A stretch of 64,000 nucleotides of DNA, from NCBI GenBank assembly GCA_963514005.1, contig OY740790.1, forward strand, positions 46,376,001-46,440,000, read 5' to 3'. A model generated the notes under the pieces. That model was not told where the DNA came from. It saw nothing but the letters and a program-made list of their open reading frames with translations, and did not search any database. Each line of letters opens with the position of its first letter. Position 1 is the first letter of the stretch. The position numbers and the translations under genes were made by a program. Shown piece by piece: positions 39,585 to 52,053 of this stretch. The DNA comes from Raja brachyura (Eukaryota).

Positions 39585-41889
39585 CATTACAATAAATTGT
39601 TTCAAGCCTACCCGGTACTAAATGCATGAACATTATGGTTGGTACTGATGTTACAAACGGTTCTAAATGAATATAATTTCAAAGTGAAATAGGAGATTTC
39701 CATGGAAAGAATATTTAACCTGAATATAAGATGAGGTTGCTGCAAAATGCTCCCTTAAAACAATACACCGTCAACTCAGGATTGTTTATTAGCCCTCTGA
39801 CAGGTGTTTCAATCTAACCTCGTAGCTCGCTGTTAAGCGATTCAGAGCTATTAATTTTCATTCCTGGTCCGTATCGAACTTCTCCAAATGCAAACGCTTC
39901 AAGTTACACTTCTTGTGTGGTGGTAAGGGGTGGGGTGGGGGGATGCTAGGATGGAATACCATATATTTGCATTTATATAGCGATCCTGCTGCGAAATGTT
40001 TAAGTCGAAAGTTGTATTTTATTTCAAAGCGGGAATTGGAAGATAGGGACAGAGATGCTACACAGAGATTTTGATAGGAAGGAAACATTACAGCAGCTGA
40101 GTAAAAGATTGGTCAAATGGTAGGTTCAATGATGATTGGGCGAGGGGGATTGGGGGTGGGAGAAAGTATCTATAGCTTGGGACTTGCCTAAATGAGTACT
40201 GAGATGGATTATCATTCCACCCCAAATTTCTTAGACAATAATACCTTTTATGCAATTATCACAACATTTTGCTGGATATGGATCAACGGACTCTGTTTGG
40301 TACATGCTCATAAATTAGTAAAACAAATGTTCTTCTTGAAGTACTGTTGTTGCTGGGATGGGGTGACTGATAACAAATAATCTACATTCCATATTTCGTC
40401 ATAATGTGGCTGAAACAATGGCATACTTTTGTGATATTTATTGTGATAGAAAGATACAACTGAGTTTGGGCAAGTTATTACCTTGCCCAAACTGAAGTGG
40501 GAAGAGGCTGTAAAAAGACAGCGCTGCTGGGGGGTGGGGTGTTCTTTTCAGTGCGTGTGGGTAGTCTGTCCAGGGGTTACGTTGCGGGGAGGGCAGGAGC
40601 GTTGAGAAGGAGGGGGTCGGCCGGGGATCATCCAGCTCAAGAGCGGGTCAGCGGGCGATGGATAACAGGACAGTGGGCGGTGGAGCTTACTCCACATATC
40701 AGTGCTAGTAACCTCAATTGATCCCTTATTCTCGCTGACACAGGAGTAAGCTCCACCGCCCGCTGTGATGTTATCCATCACCCGCTGACCAACTCCGCTC
40801 TATGATCTTTGCTCTTGAGCTAGTCCCCTCACTGTTCAGACAGAGAGCACAGCCAGAGGTGAGCGGGCCGGCAGAAGGCGCTGAGATGGCAGTTCCGCTG
40901 CCCGGTGATGGCGGCCGCTCGTAGCCACGCAGTAGCTCTGCGCCTGAAGCGCCGCGGCAGCTGTGAGTGAGTTACTGGCATGAACCCGACCCCCTCCTTC
41001 TCAACGCTCCTCCCCTCCGCGCAACTTTACCCCTGGTTCGACTCCCCACACGCTGTGAAAGGAACTCTCCCCCGAATTGGTCCCTTGATAAGTTGAACTA
41101 GTATTGTCATTCAAAAAGATGACAACTGATTCAACTTGTCCCGGTGTGCTCCCGTTTTTCCCACCATCTTTCCACCTGCCATCACCCTCCGTCCCCCACC
41201 CATTCAGTAATTCAGAAAGAAGAAGATTTGGAAGCAGTGGGAAAATTGAATTGGTACTTTATTTATTTTTATTTTTACGGAGAGAACAATCTGCGCATGC
41301 GCGGTTGAAGTTTTTTTTTTAAAGCTGGCTGACTGTCATATTACTCACGATACGTGACTCATTTATTTATATTTCTATGAAAATGTTACCCAATTGGGCC
41401 CAGCACCTCCTAAGGCCGGCCCTGGGGAGGGGGAAGGGGAGAAATGGATGTGAATCCAGTTGAGGCGCGGGGAAGCATGGTGGGGAGGGGTAAAGTAGGT
41501 TTTAGTGGGTTAGCTACCTGAAAGCAGAGCATTCTTTGTTAGCTACCAAAGTGGAAGGAGGGGTTCTGTCCCTCCAGGTTGTATTTTTCTCTCCTTAGAT
41601 ATTTACCAGTTCAGGTCTCTGGAAACTGCACACAAATCAGCTGGCTCGACTACGATTTGCACTGAAAAGCATGTGCTGTAGTATCCTTTTCAATACTGGA
41701 TATAGATGGAAAATCAAGGCAAGATACTGCAACACCAAAATATTTCAACAGGAAGCCATCTTCTGTGCAGCATGATTGTTCCGCAGGAAAAGCTGCCATC
41801 TCATAGCTCCAAGAACCTGAATTCAGTGCTGATCTCAGGTGCTGTGCGCGTGGAAATTGTATGTTCTCTGTGATCATGTGGGATTCCCC

Positions 41890-42120
41890 TGAGGCCTCTA
41901 GTTTACTTCCACATCGTTAGAAAGAATGTGCTGGTTGGGTAGATTAATCGACTACAGTAAATTATTCCTAGCCAGGGCAGATGGTGGAGAATCTGGAGTA
42001 AGTCATTGAGCATGTGAAAAGTAATAGGTTGCAGGGAAATAGATGAGGCAATGAGATTGATGGGATTCCTCTGACAGTCAGCATAGACTTGATGTGTTAA
42101 ATATCTGTTTTCTATGTCAT
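41890..42120 (-). mobile_element. Degenerate V-SINE remnant
   Basis: TTCCACATCG..AAAGAATGTGCTGGTTGGGTAGATTAAT...GTAAATTATTCCTAG resembles the V-SINE body; strand assignment uncertain. Confidence 0.4.
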
Positions 42121-42929
42121 AAGGAATACTGAATTTTAAATGAAACATTCAGAGTGTGGCTTCCTACAAAGATCTCACTGACAGTTCTGTGTTTTGAATG
42201 CAATTGAAATTTAAATTGATGAATGGCTCAAGAAAAACTACCACGCTATGTTAAAAATATTTAAAACGTTCCTCTTTACAATACCAGCAGAATTGGAATA
42301 AAACCTAGACAATTTTCATGTGGTTGCTTCACAATATGAAATTAGATATTCACGGGGTACCAGTATTTGTTAGATTGTCACAGTTCCCCAAGAAACATTA
42401 TCAACACTCAGTCCAGGGGTGCCGCAACATCAATAGTGATGCTACAATCTTTATGCGATCCTGCTGTTTTAAATTTGTCATTGTATTTATTGTGATATCG
42501 ATCATTATCATGTACTTTGTGAGCTCCATGCAAATAAGGAATTTCATTGCACCCTAGTGTTTATGATAATAAACTAATGCGAATCTGAATCACTGAATGC
42601 AAGTTACTATGTTTGAAAACAGTGCAAGGCAGAATAGTGAACTGAGTAATGATTAGAAAAGTACATTTAAAATTAAAATTATTCCAGACTCTATTGTGTC
42701 ACCTTATCTGGAAAAATACTACTAGCCGGAAACTGCATTTTGATAAGGTTGCCATTCGGATCAATTCTTGAGGGTGGGAAGTTAACAGATAGTAGTCAAC
42801 TTGTTTTATTTAGACTTTTCAGAGTCAATGAAGGTCATCGGGTCACATAAATCCTGTTCACCATTAGGTCACACTAAATTTGTCAGCACGTCAGTGTTAA
42901 TTTATTAATGCTGTTTGTCGGGTCAGCTA

Positions 42930-43005
42930 GGTTAGCTCTGAGGCTCTTCTCTGAATTGGGCAATAGGATACTTTACATCCACTGGAGAGTGCAGAGGAGA
43001 CAGAG
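42930..43005 (-). mobile_element. Deu-domain SINE core fragment
   Basis: Reverse strand CTCTCCAGTGGATGTAAAGTATCCTATTGCCCAATTCAGAGAAGAGC matches the recalled Deu core. Confidence 0.5.
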
Positions 43006-43640
43006 ATAAAAAAAATCTCAAATTAATATTAGTACCTCTTGTCCTACAAGCATTCTTCAGAAATGCTTATGACCGTCAGTTGTGATTGGCCATGAACTCA
43101 CCCTTCACTTCCGATGTTTTTTTTTGTGGCCACATCCTAAAATTCTTTCACCAAGGCATCCAATGAGGCAATATCCTCCTTCGGAATCTTGGTCTGAATA
43201 CAATAATACTCTTTAATTCCTACAAATATCGATTCATTTTACTGCTATGTCATACTTCAATTCCAATTGTTTATGAACCACAGTGCCATAGTTTTCCTTC
43301 TGGATGCCTTACCTTAAATTGATGTCATTATCAACACATCATTGGAACAGGATCCTTTTACTGTAAACACTCTTGTCTCTGGTGGACAGTTAACAATTCC
43401 CATACCTATTGGAAACATATATAATCTGGGTAGATGCAAGTTATATTACTTGTAAGACGAAAATGCACAAGAGACTTTTTACCCCCAGTCGGGGAATCAA
43501 GAACCAAAGGCCATAGGTTAAAGATGAGGGGCAACTTTTTTTTTTACAGTGGTAGTTGGTGTTTGGAATGAGATGCTGGAAGAGGTAATTGAGGCAGGTA
43601 CTATCACAACATTAGACAGGTGCATGGATAGGTTTAGAGG

Positions 43641-45002
43641 GACCTATTTGGCGAGTTTAGAAGAGTTTGAAAAAATGTCATGTTGAAGACCTCCTTCGAC
43701 TATGTTGAAGACTAGCTTCGACTAGCTTTGGGAAAATTGGACACCGAATAGTGTAGAGTGAAGACGACCTCCTTCGATCTCCTTCCACCTCCCTTCGACT
43801 ACGATGAAGACTATCTACAACTACCTTCGACTACCCTTGATTACCTACGAAGAACATGACGACCTACTACGACCCAAAGATCCTATAGCAAAGAATGATA
43901 GTGCACTCCTGCGAAAACCAATGGGCTGATGTGTAGTACGCAACAGGGCGGAACATCAGCCTTTACGTCGGTCATTTCAGTAAACCGGACCTGACCTGAC
44001 TTTGTATATCCCAAAGATCCTTAAGCTTGCTATAGGATCTTTGGTTATATCCCTCTCGTAATGTAATCAGCGTTGTGAGGGAACAGTTTGTGTATGCGAT
44101 ATAGTGTTAGATTCATGATTCATAATTCTGTTCTTTTTTGTGAATAATTAATATGTTAATAAATTATAATTCTGTTAATTTTCTTTTTTAATGTTTTGGA
44201 TTCAAAGTCCTCGGATTGGGATCGGACTGTGCAAGGGTGGAGGGGGCACTGAGGGCAAAGAGGTTGTGCCCACACGGCAGTGTAAAAGGGGAGACCTTTC
44301 CAATCCACTGGGGTACGAGCCCAACCCACACCAAACCGCTGCAGCACTGGGGCGGGCCGAACAAAAGAGCCATTCCAGCACTCAGCCATTTTGGCAGAAA
44401 GAGGAATAAATGTCCGACAGTCAGCGACGCAGAGGAGTAGTGAAGAGCAGACTGGTCCGGAGTTTGGGAGCTGGGCAGCGAACGTGATAGGGGAAGAAAC
44501 CGAAGGGCCATCTGTTCTCAGCTTCGGATCTGTGAGTCCGTGGAAGTGAGTGAGTCTGTTTAACGGGGCAGAGAGGTAGAGAGAAAATGAAGATTTTCAC
44601 CAAAGATTTTTGATTTTTACGAGGATGTTTCCGTAACCGGCTTCTGTCTCCACACTAGTATCTTTACTCAGCTATGGTGGACAAAGATGGCGGAGACAGA
44701 AGCCGGTTACGGAAATGGGGCCGAAGATTACCCAGGAATCTGCCCATGACCCTACTACGTATTTTTCGTCAAGAGCACTTTGCTTTCTTATAGGATCTGT
44801 TAAAGTACTCGCGGGCATTTTTCAACATGTTGAAAATTACGCAGCGGCCTAGCCAAGGCCTCGAGTACACGGGGACTACTCTCGAGCATGAAGGAGAGTA
44901 ACAAAGATCTCCTACGACCTCGTATCAACCACGCTGCGAGTATGAGTCGAGGGCAAACTCGGCAGAACTCGTGGATTAGGTCGCCCAAGTGGGACAGCCC
45001 CT
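43641..45002. mobile_element. Harbinger-type non-autonomous element (left TIR lost) within a CR1 tail
   Basis: Right end CCCAAGTGGGACAGCCCCT|TAA; internal (CCTTCGACTA)-like ~11-bp repeats at 43690-43870; CR1 tail resumes at 45003. Confidence 0.7.
43874..44798. mobile_element. Unclassified TIR element (CCAAAGATCCTATAG ends) nested in the Harbinger element
   Basis: Left end CCAAAGATCCTATAGC; right end TATAGGATCT truncated; holds a 34-bp mini copy at 44011-44044. Confidence 0.6.
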
Positions 45003-45114
45003 TAAGGGTCAAACACATGCAGATTGGACTAGTGTAAATGATGCATGTTGCTTGGCATAGGAAAGTTGGGCCGAAGGGCCTGTTTCCACGCTGCATGATC
45101 ATATGACCCCAAAT

Positions 45115-46254
45115 CAGGCACGTGCCGTCAGGGTAGGCAAGGTAGGCACTGCCTACCCTAACTGAAATTATAACATAGTCATTACCAAATATAAATAGTA
45201 AAGGCATGGGAGAATTATGCCTATGTAAGAGACGATCTCTTAGGTAGGCATAATTATCCGTGCCTTTCATCCGCAGCATTTGTAACACGGGAACCTCTGT
45301 GCAGCCCACGTGCCGTCAGCGCTGCCTGAAGCCGTCAGTTTCAAGCAGGGCTGAAGGCAGCTGAAATTCTGCCTTTGCAGTACTGCGCATGCGCATCAGT
45401 CTACTGCGCATGCGCAATGCAAGTTTCTTGGCGGGGTTTTCAAATATGGTTTGTCAATATTTTAAGTGTATGTTTGGTAACAAAGAGAGAAGAATGGAGC
45501 TTGTGTACCAATGATGTGGTAAGTACATTTCTTGGTGATGTTTTTAAATACCGTATTTATACCACTCGCTGACATCACTCATGTCCTTAAATTCCGACAG
45601 CGAATTACTCGGCTGCGGGAATTTAAGGATTTGCAGGAAGCCGCTGACATGAGCGAAGTCGGCGAATGGCAGGTGACAGGTGTTCCGACGGAGAGCACTG
45701 CCAAAGGTGAGCGGGCCGGCAGAAGGCACTGAAGTGGCAGCCAGTTCCGCTGTCGGGTCCCGGTGGCCGCTCCCCGAGCTGCTTCTATCCCCAGCTACAG
45801 TGCGTGGCTTCGCGCCCGGAGAGCTGCGGTAGTTGTGAGTGAGTTACTGGCAGTATCCCCGACACCCTCCTTCACAACACTCGTGCCCTCCCCACAACTT
45901 TACCACTGGCACAGACTCTCCACATGCTGTGTCAGGAACTGTTCCCCCAACTGGTCCCTTGAACAAGTGTTGTCATTCAATAAGATGACAACTGATTCAA
46001 CTATTCCCTGTACTCCCGTTTTTTCCCACCATCTCTCCATCTGCCATCACCTTTCACCTCCCCCCCCCCCCCCTCCCCCTCCCCATTCAGTAATTCAGAA
46101 TAAAGGAGACTAAGAAGCCTTGGGCAAATTGAATTGTCACTGTTTTTATTTGTTTTATTTATTTAACGGAGAGAACAATCTGCGCATGCGCGGTGTAATT
46201 GTTTTTAAGCGAACTGAGTGCCTACCCTAAGTAATCACTCACGGCACGTGCCTG
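45115..46254. mobile_element. Family A hAT-type element, copy 2, inverted relative to copy 1
   Basis: Same TIR CAGGCACGTGCCGT; perfect TSD CCCCAAAT (45107-45114 and 46255-46262). Confidence 0.92.
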
Positions 46255-46629
46255 CCCCAAATCTCCTCAGCCTTGATCGTTTATCCATCAAACTTCGTCA
46301 AAATCCACATTCACCACAAAACCAGTCATACTGCTATTTCACAGAGCTTACCCAAATGCATCCATTCTATGGGAGGTAGAGTAGTAAACAGTCTTTTTTG
46401 TATTTCAGCTGCAATTTTCTGTATTTTTGAATGATTTATGATACCTGCTCTTGTTCACCTTTCAGTTTTAATGTATTCTTAAGGCAAAATATGTCACATT
46501 AAAAATTGAAAAGGTTCAACTACTGGTTCTTAATATGCTATGTTGGATGTGCATAAATGAAGTCTAAGTCACGAGAAATTTTCAAGGACATAAACCTTAA
46601 AGCAAATCACATGCCTGTGGTTCAATTTT

Positions 46630-47600
46630 AATTCCCATCCCCAGTTGCCCTTATGTCGGTGAGCTGTCTTCATTGACTGCTGTAGTCTTTGAGGTGTTGA
46701 TACACCCACAATGTTGTTAGGGTATTCCAGCATTGTAATCCAGCGCAATATATTGCAAAGGAAAGGCTACTGTATATATTTCCAAGTCAGGATAATGTAC
46801 GAGTTAGAGGGAAACCTCCAAGTGTGTTTTTCCAATGCTTTTGCTGCCCCAGTCTCAGCTGGTAGAGATAATGAGTATGATGGATGCTGTGTAAAGATTC
46901 TTCGTCAATTTCTACAGTGCATTCTGTAGCTAGTACAAACTGCTGCTACGGTACATCGGTGGTGGAGTGAGTGGATGGATGTGAACGGCATGCATATCAA
47001 GCAGGATACAATATCCCATATGCTGTTGACTTTCTTGCGTGTTGCTGAAACTGCAATCATCCATGCTAATTGAGAATATTCCATCATGCTCTTGTGTTGA
47101 GCTTTGTAGATGGTGAGCATGCTTTGGAGAGTTATGCCCCTGTCCCACTTAGGAAACCTGAACAGAAACCTCTGGAGACTTTGCACCCCACCCAAGCTGC
47201 ACGGAAACGTTGGATAGGGCACAAAGTCTTCAGAAGTTGCTGTTCAGGTTTCCTAAGTGGGACAGGGTCATTAGGAGACAAGTTACTCACCACCGGATTC
47301 CTAGCTTCTGCTCTGAACAGTATAGCTGACACTTGTCTTTCACAAATGTTACTTGTCACTGATCTGTGCTGGCCTGGATGATGTCCAGGTCTTGCTGCCT
47401 TTGGTTGTGGACCGATTCATTATCATAGGAGTCATAAATCGTGTTGAACACTGTGCAATCTTCAGCGAATATCCTGACTTCCAATTTTATAACTGAAGAA
47501 AATAAAGCAGCAGATGATGGTTGGGCCGAGGGCACTATCAAAATGTCCAGGGGCTGAGATGACGGACGTGCAGCCACTACAACCTTCTGACTGCCCAACT
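46630..47600 (-). mobile_element. Old CR1/L2-group LINE 3' fragment
   Basis: VRIFAEDCTVF, LTIYKAQHKSMMEYSQLAW and HSLHHRCTVAAVC on the minus strand. Confidence 0.7.
47135..47270. mobile_element. Palindromic PIF/Harbinger MITE
   Basis: TGCCCCTGTCCCACTTAGGAAACCTGAACAG...CTGTTCAGGTTTCCTAAGTGGGACAGGGTCA; TTA TSD on both sides. Confidence 0.88.
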
Positions 47601-47779
47601 TCATTTTCTAAAACTATATCTTTTAGATACTGTTATATTGTTACGCCACAGGCGTCTTGATAAGAAAGATAAGTTTGCTTTGATAATTGCTTGTATATAT
47701 ATTATTTTTTTATTGAATTGTCATTTCTTTAGAATAATGCGCGTTGTCCTTTGAACTGGACATAAACGTAATTTTTATA

Positions 47780-48940
47780 TAGAACAATGCAGCCTCACCA
47801 ATAACAACAACAACTTCTATACTCAAATCCCTGACTGATTTAGCTAAATTAATCTACATTTAGCCATTCCTCAGCCCACTAGCCCAGCTGATCAAAACCC
47901 CACTGTAATTCTTGTTAACCTCTTTATTCTCTACAATACCTCCTCTTTTCATGTCATTTGCAAACTTTCTAATCATGCCTTGTACATTATCAAAATCGTA
48001 GATACAGAAGACAAACACCCATCCCTGGGGCCCCACCAGTAGTCACAGACATCTAGTCCAAACAACAATCTTCCACACCACCACCTTCTGCTTCCGACCA
48101 GGAAGTCAATTCTGTATCCAGTTAGCTAGTTCTCCCCGAATCCCATGCAATCTAACCTTCCAGCACAGTCCACAAAACGGCAACTTATCAAAGGCCTTGC
48201 TGAAGTCCACCTACGGCCTTGCCCACATCAATCTCCTTACTTCTTCAAAGAAATTAAATCAAATTCATGAGACACAATCTCCCAAGTACAATACATGCTG
48301 ACCATACTTAATCAACTGCTTCCTTTCAAAATGCTGGTACATCTTATCCCTCAGAATACTCTCCAGTAATTTTCCAACCACAGTATTAGACATACTGATC
48401 TAGAGTTCCCAAGTTTTATTAGCAATTTAATTGATGTTTTTTTTTTAAAGATGCCAGGGCAGGTCAGTGGACATTGTCTACATGGACTTTAGGCAAGGCC
48501 CTTGACAAGATCTCACATCTAGTAAACTAGTCTGGAAGGTTTGATCAGATCTAGTTTGGAACATTCGATCTAGCCAATTGGATTCAAATTTGTCTTGGGT
48601 AGTTGTGGATAGTTGTTTTTTTTTCTGATTGGAGGCATGTGACCATGGAGTGGCTAAAGGGTGGGTGCTATCCCCATTGTTGGCTGTTATTTACATTAAC
48701 AATTTGTATGCAACATAGTTAACAATGTTAGTAAATTTGCAGATTACACTAAAATTGGTGAAACACTGAACAGTGGGAAAGTATACAACAGGATCTCAAT
48801 CAGTTGGAATGGCAAATGAAATGTAACTCTAACAAGTGTGAAGTGTTGAACTTTGGGATGTCAAACCAGGACAATTCTTGCAGAATAATTGCTAGAGCTC
48901 TGAGAAGTGTTGAAGAATGCACAGATCTGGGATTATAAGT
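47780..48940. mobile_element. Two old CR1 RT fragments in opposite orientation (minus ~47780-48410, plus ~48450-48940; the plus copy continues at ~50360-50870)
   Basis: VDFSKAFDK and SKFANDMK on the minus strand; DIVYMDF and SKFADYTKIG on the plus strand. Confidence 0.65.
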
Positions 48941-48944
48941 AGAA

Positions 48945-49252
48945 GATAGATAGAAAAAGCTGGTGTAACTCTGTGGGACGAGCAGCATCTCTGGAGAAAA
49001 GGAATGGGTGACGTTTCGGGTCAAGACCCTTCTTCAGACACTGAAGTTTGAGTCTGAAGGAGGGTCTCAACCTGAAAAGTCACCTTCTTCAGACTGGTTA
49101 GGGATAAGGGAAACGAGAGATATAAACGGTGATGTGGAGAGATAACAAACAATGAATGAACGATATGCAAAAAAGTAACGATGATAAAGGAAAGGCAATT
49201 GTTAGCTGTTTGTAGGGCGAAATGAGAAGCTAGTGCGACCTGGGTGGGGGAG

Positions 49253-49317
<65 letters not shown>

Positions 49318-49620
49318 GGAATGCCGGGGCAACCTGAAGTGAGAGAAATCAATATTCACACCACTGGGCTGCAAGTAGCCCAAACAAAATAGGAGATGCT
49401 GTTCCTGCATTTTGCCTCACTCTGATAATGGAGGAGACCGAGGACAGAATGGTCTTTGTAGGAATGGGAAGGAGAATTAAAGTGACTAGCAACCAGGAGA
49501 TCAGGTTGGTTCAGGCAGACTGAGCAAAGGTGTTCCATGAAACGATCGCCCAGTCTGCATTTGGTCTCGCCGATGTAGAAGAGTTCACATCTTGAACAAC
49601 GGTTGAGGTTGGAGGTGGTG
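48945..49620 (-). mobile_element. Penelope-like element 3' end with GIY-YIG remnant and inverted pLTR pieces
   Basis: FYIGETKCRLGDRF, EHLCSV..QPDLLVASHFNSPSHS and EQHLLFCLGYLQPSGVNIDFS; three CTGAAGA/GAAA motif pieces at 49010-49095; (AG)n at 49256-49312. Confidence 0.87.
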
Positions 49621-49644
49621 CAATAAGTGCATAGTTTCCTTCAA

Positions 49645-50358
49645 GGAGATTCAAGATTCAATTTAATTGTTACATGCACCAATTAAGGTACAGTGAAATT
49701 TGAGTTACCATACAGCCATATTAAGTGAAGAAAATAACAATACACACAGCCACATTAAATAAAATCTAACATAAACATCCACCGCAGTGGAATTAACATT
49801 CCTCACTGTGATGGAAGGCAATAAGGTTCAGTCACCTTCCTCCTTTGTTCACCCATGGCCGGGGCCTTGAACCCTCTGCACTTGCCGATGCCGACGGTCG
49901 GCTGCTCAAGCGCTCGTGTCGGGATGATCGAAGCGGATTGGAACATGGAGCTCCCGAGTCGGCCTCTTCTTACTAGAGATCGCTGCTTCACGATGTTAAT
50001 GTCCGCAGGCCCCGCAGTCGGAGCTCCTTCACTGGCGATACTTGGCAAAAGATTTCAGGGTCCGCGATGGTAAGTCCGCGCCGCACCCGCGGCTTGAGGC
50101 TCCGGCCTGGTCTCCTGGAAAGGCCGCACCGCTCACGTTGTTAGACCGCGGGGGGGTACGGAAATGCGACATGGAGAAAAATTGCATCTCCGTCGAGGTA
50201 AGTGACTGCAAAAAGTGACCGATTCCCCCCCGCCCCCACCCCCTACATAAAACATACCAAGAGACATTAAAACAAACATTCAAGACATACTTAAAATAAT
50301 AAAAACAGAGAAGGGACAAGACAGACTGTTGACGAGGAAAGCATTACGGGTGCCACCC
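49645..50358 (-). mobile_element. Non-autonomous retroposon with Rex1-type 3' tail
   Basis: Minus strand ends ...AAATTTCACTGTACC...CATGTAACAATTAAATTGAATCTTGAATC; GC/CpG-rich body with no RT ORF. Confidence 0.55.
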
Positions 50359-50501
50359 GATGGTCAAGTGACCAGGGTGGTGAAGAAGGTCTTTGGCATG
50401 ATTGCCTGCCTTGGGAAGGTTATTGAGTGCAAACGTTGGGACATCATGATGCATCTATACAGGTCATTGGTGAAGTCACACTTGGGGCACAGTTTTCAGT
50501 T

Positions 50502-50812
50502 TAGACTTCAGACATACAGCGCGGAAACAGACTCTTTGGTCCACCGAGCCCATGCCAGCCAGCGATCACCCTGTATGCTAGCACAATCCTACACACTAGG
50601 AACAACTTACTTTTGTAGCTTTTTTTTTTTATAACAAAACCAATTAACCTATAAACCTGTAGGTCTTTAAAGTGTGGGAGCAAACCGTAGCAACCGGAGA
50701 AAATCCACACGGTCACAGGGAGAATGTCCAAACTCCATATAGATAGCACCCATAGTCAGGATTGAACTCGGGTCTCTGGCGCTATAAGACATCAACCCTA
50801 CCATTGTACCAC
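50502..50812 (-). mobile_element. tRNA-derived V-SINE (HE1-like)
   Basis: Reverse strand GTGGTACAATGGTAGGG...AGCGCCAGAGACCCGAGTTCAATCC (A/B boxes), V-domain and CR1-like tail. Confidence 0.82.
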
Positions 50813-51160
50813 GATTCTGGTCACCCAGTAATAGGAAGAATGACACTAAATGGAACGTGTAGAAAAGACTCACTCTCCATGGTTTTCCATATGCTGTACT
50901 TTTTGTGACTTCGACCACGCTAACTGGCCAAATGAGAAGACATTCATGATGTTGGACATTCCATGAATGATGACTGGACTTCAAGTTTAGAGCTGATCAA
51001 TTAAAAAAAGTTGGAGCAATACTGATAAAACTATAGCGTAGTAATGACAAGTTCATACAATAATTTAGAATTTTATATGCACTAAACTCAGCTTAATTTT
51101 GAGTCTTAACTTGATCAGACTTTGTGATAAACTCCCAAATCAGTTTGTGTATCAGTAGTT

Positions 51161-51253
51161 GGTTACACAAAAAGCTGGAGAAACTCAGCGGGTGCAGCAG
51201 CATCTAAGGAGCGAAGGAGATAGACGACGTTTCGGGTCGAGACCCTTCTTCAG
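51161..51253 (-). ncRNA. Penelope pLTR fragment with intact minimal hammerhead core, sense to the MAST pre-mRNA
   Basis: Minus strand CTGAAGA-A-GGGT-CTCG-ACCC-GAAACGTC. Confidence 0.6.
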
Positions 51254-52053
51254 TTGTTTGGTGGTTTTAAGTAGGAACTCACTGCCACAGTTCTCCAAGC
51301 CCAGCCATGCTAATAGTAATAGAATTGGCAGAACAGCAAAAATCTCACTTGGCATTTTACTTCATTTAAATCAAGTAGGTAGGCATCTTCAAAAATACAT
51401 GCAGATTTTAATGTGTCAGATGATTTTTGGCAGAACTGCAATATTATCTATTCTACTGCCAAATCTTATGGCACATCCTGCTGCAGGGACATTTAAATAT
51501 ACGTTCTAAGATAGTAAAAATCAATTTCTGCATGTGAAAAATCTTCAAAATGATCAGATGAAAAATACTGTAGTGAAACAGTAACTATTATTTCCCTCTT
51601 TACAAAAGCTGCCTGACCTGCTGAGTATTTCCACAATTTGCCATTATTAAAATCAGCGAAACGATCTCATTTACATTGGGTAATCTCTTTCAGTTAATAA
51701 TAGTGTGTTGATGGACAGCCACCAGCTGGGTCTCATCAATTACAGCTTATGCAGTGCTTGCGTTGCTAAGCAGTTGAGTACTTTTCAGATAGAAATTCTG
51801 CATTAAGATCTAATACCATATTTCAACTGTACTCTTGGAGTCATACGTCAGTTCCAATTCATGAAAGGTGTTTTACTTAACCAATAATTCAATAATTCAC
51901 ACTACAACAGTGATTAACAGTGAAGTCTGAATGTTTCTATACTTGTTTACTTCCAACTAATTTATGCCAACAGCTGATTGAAACTACTTTAACTCTCCAT
52001 CAGTTGTTCATGTAATTAAACAACAAATGGATGCAACTTTAATAACTTCCAGT

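Larger units (their letters stand above)
37134..41424. mobile_element. Composite non-autonomous hAT-type element, family B
   Basis: TIR CAGGGCCGGACTTA...TAAGGCCGGCCCTG; perfect 8-bp TSD GGGAGGGG (37126-37133 and 41425-41432); contains a nested family C copy, Penelope pieces and a family A module. Confidence 0.85.
36787..41590 (-). mobile_element. Penelope-like 3' fragment split by element B (parts 36787-37133 and 41425-41590)
   Basis: pLTR motif GACCCTTCTTCAGACTG; the purine-rich tract resumes after the TSD. Confidence 0.65.

Noticed and set aside
40170-40500. Transposase N-terminal remnant in element B
   Set aside because: Only vague resemblance and many stops; cannot be supported.
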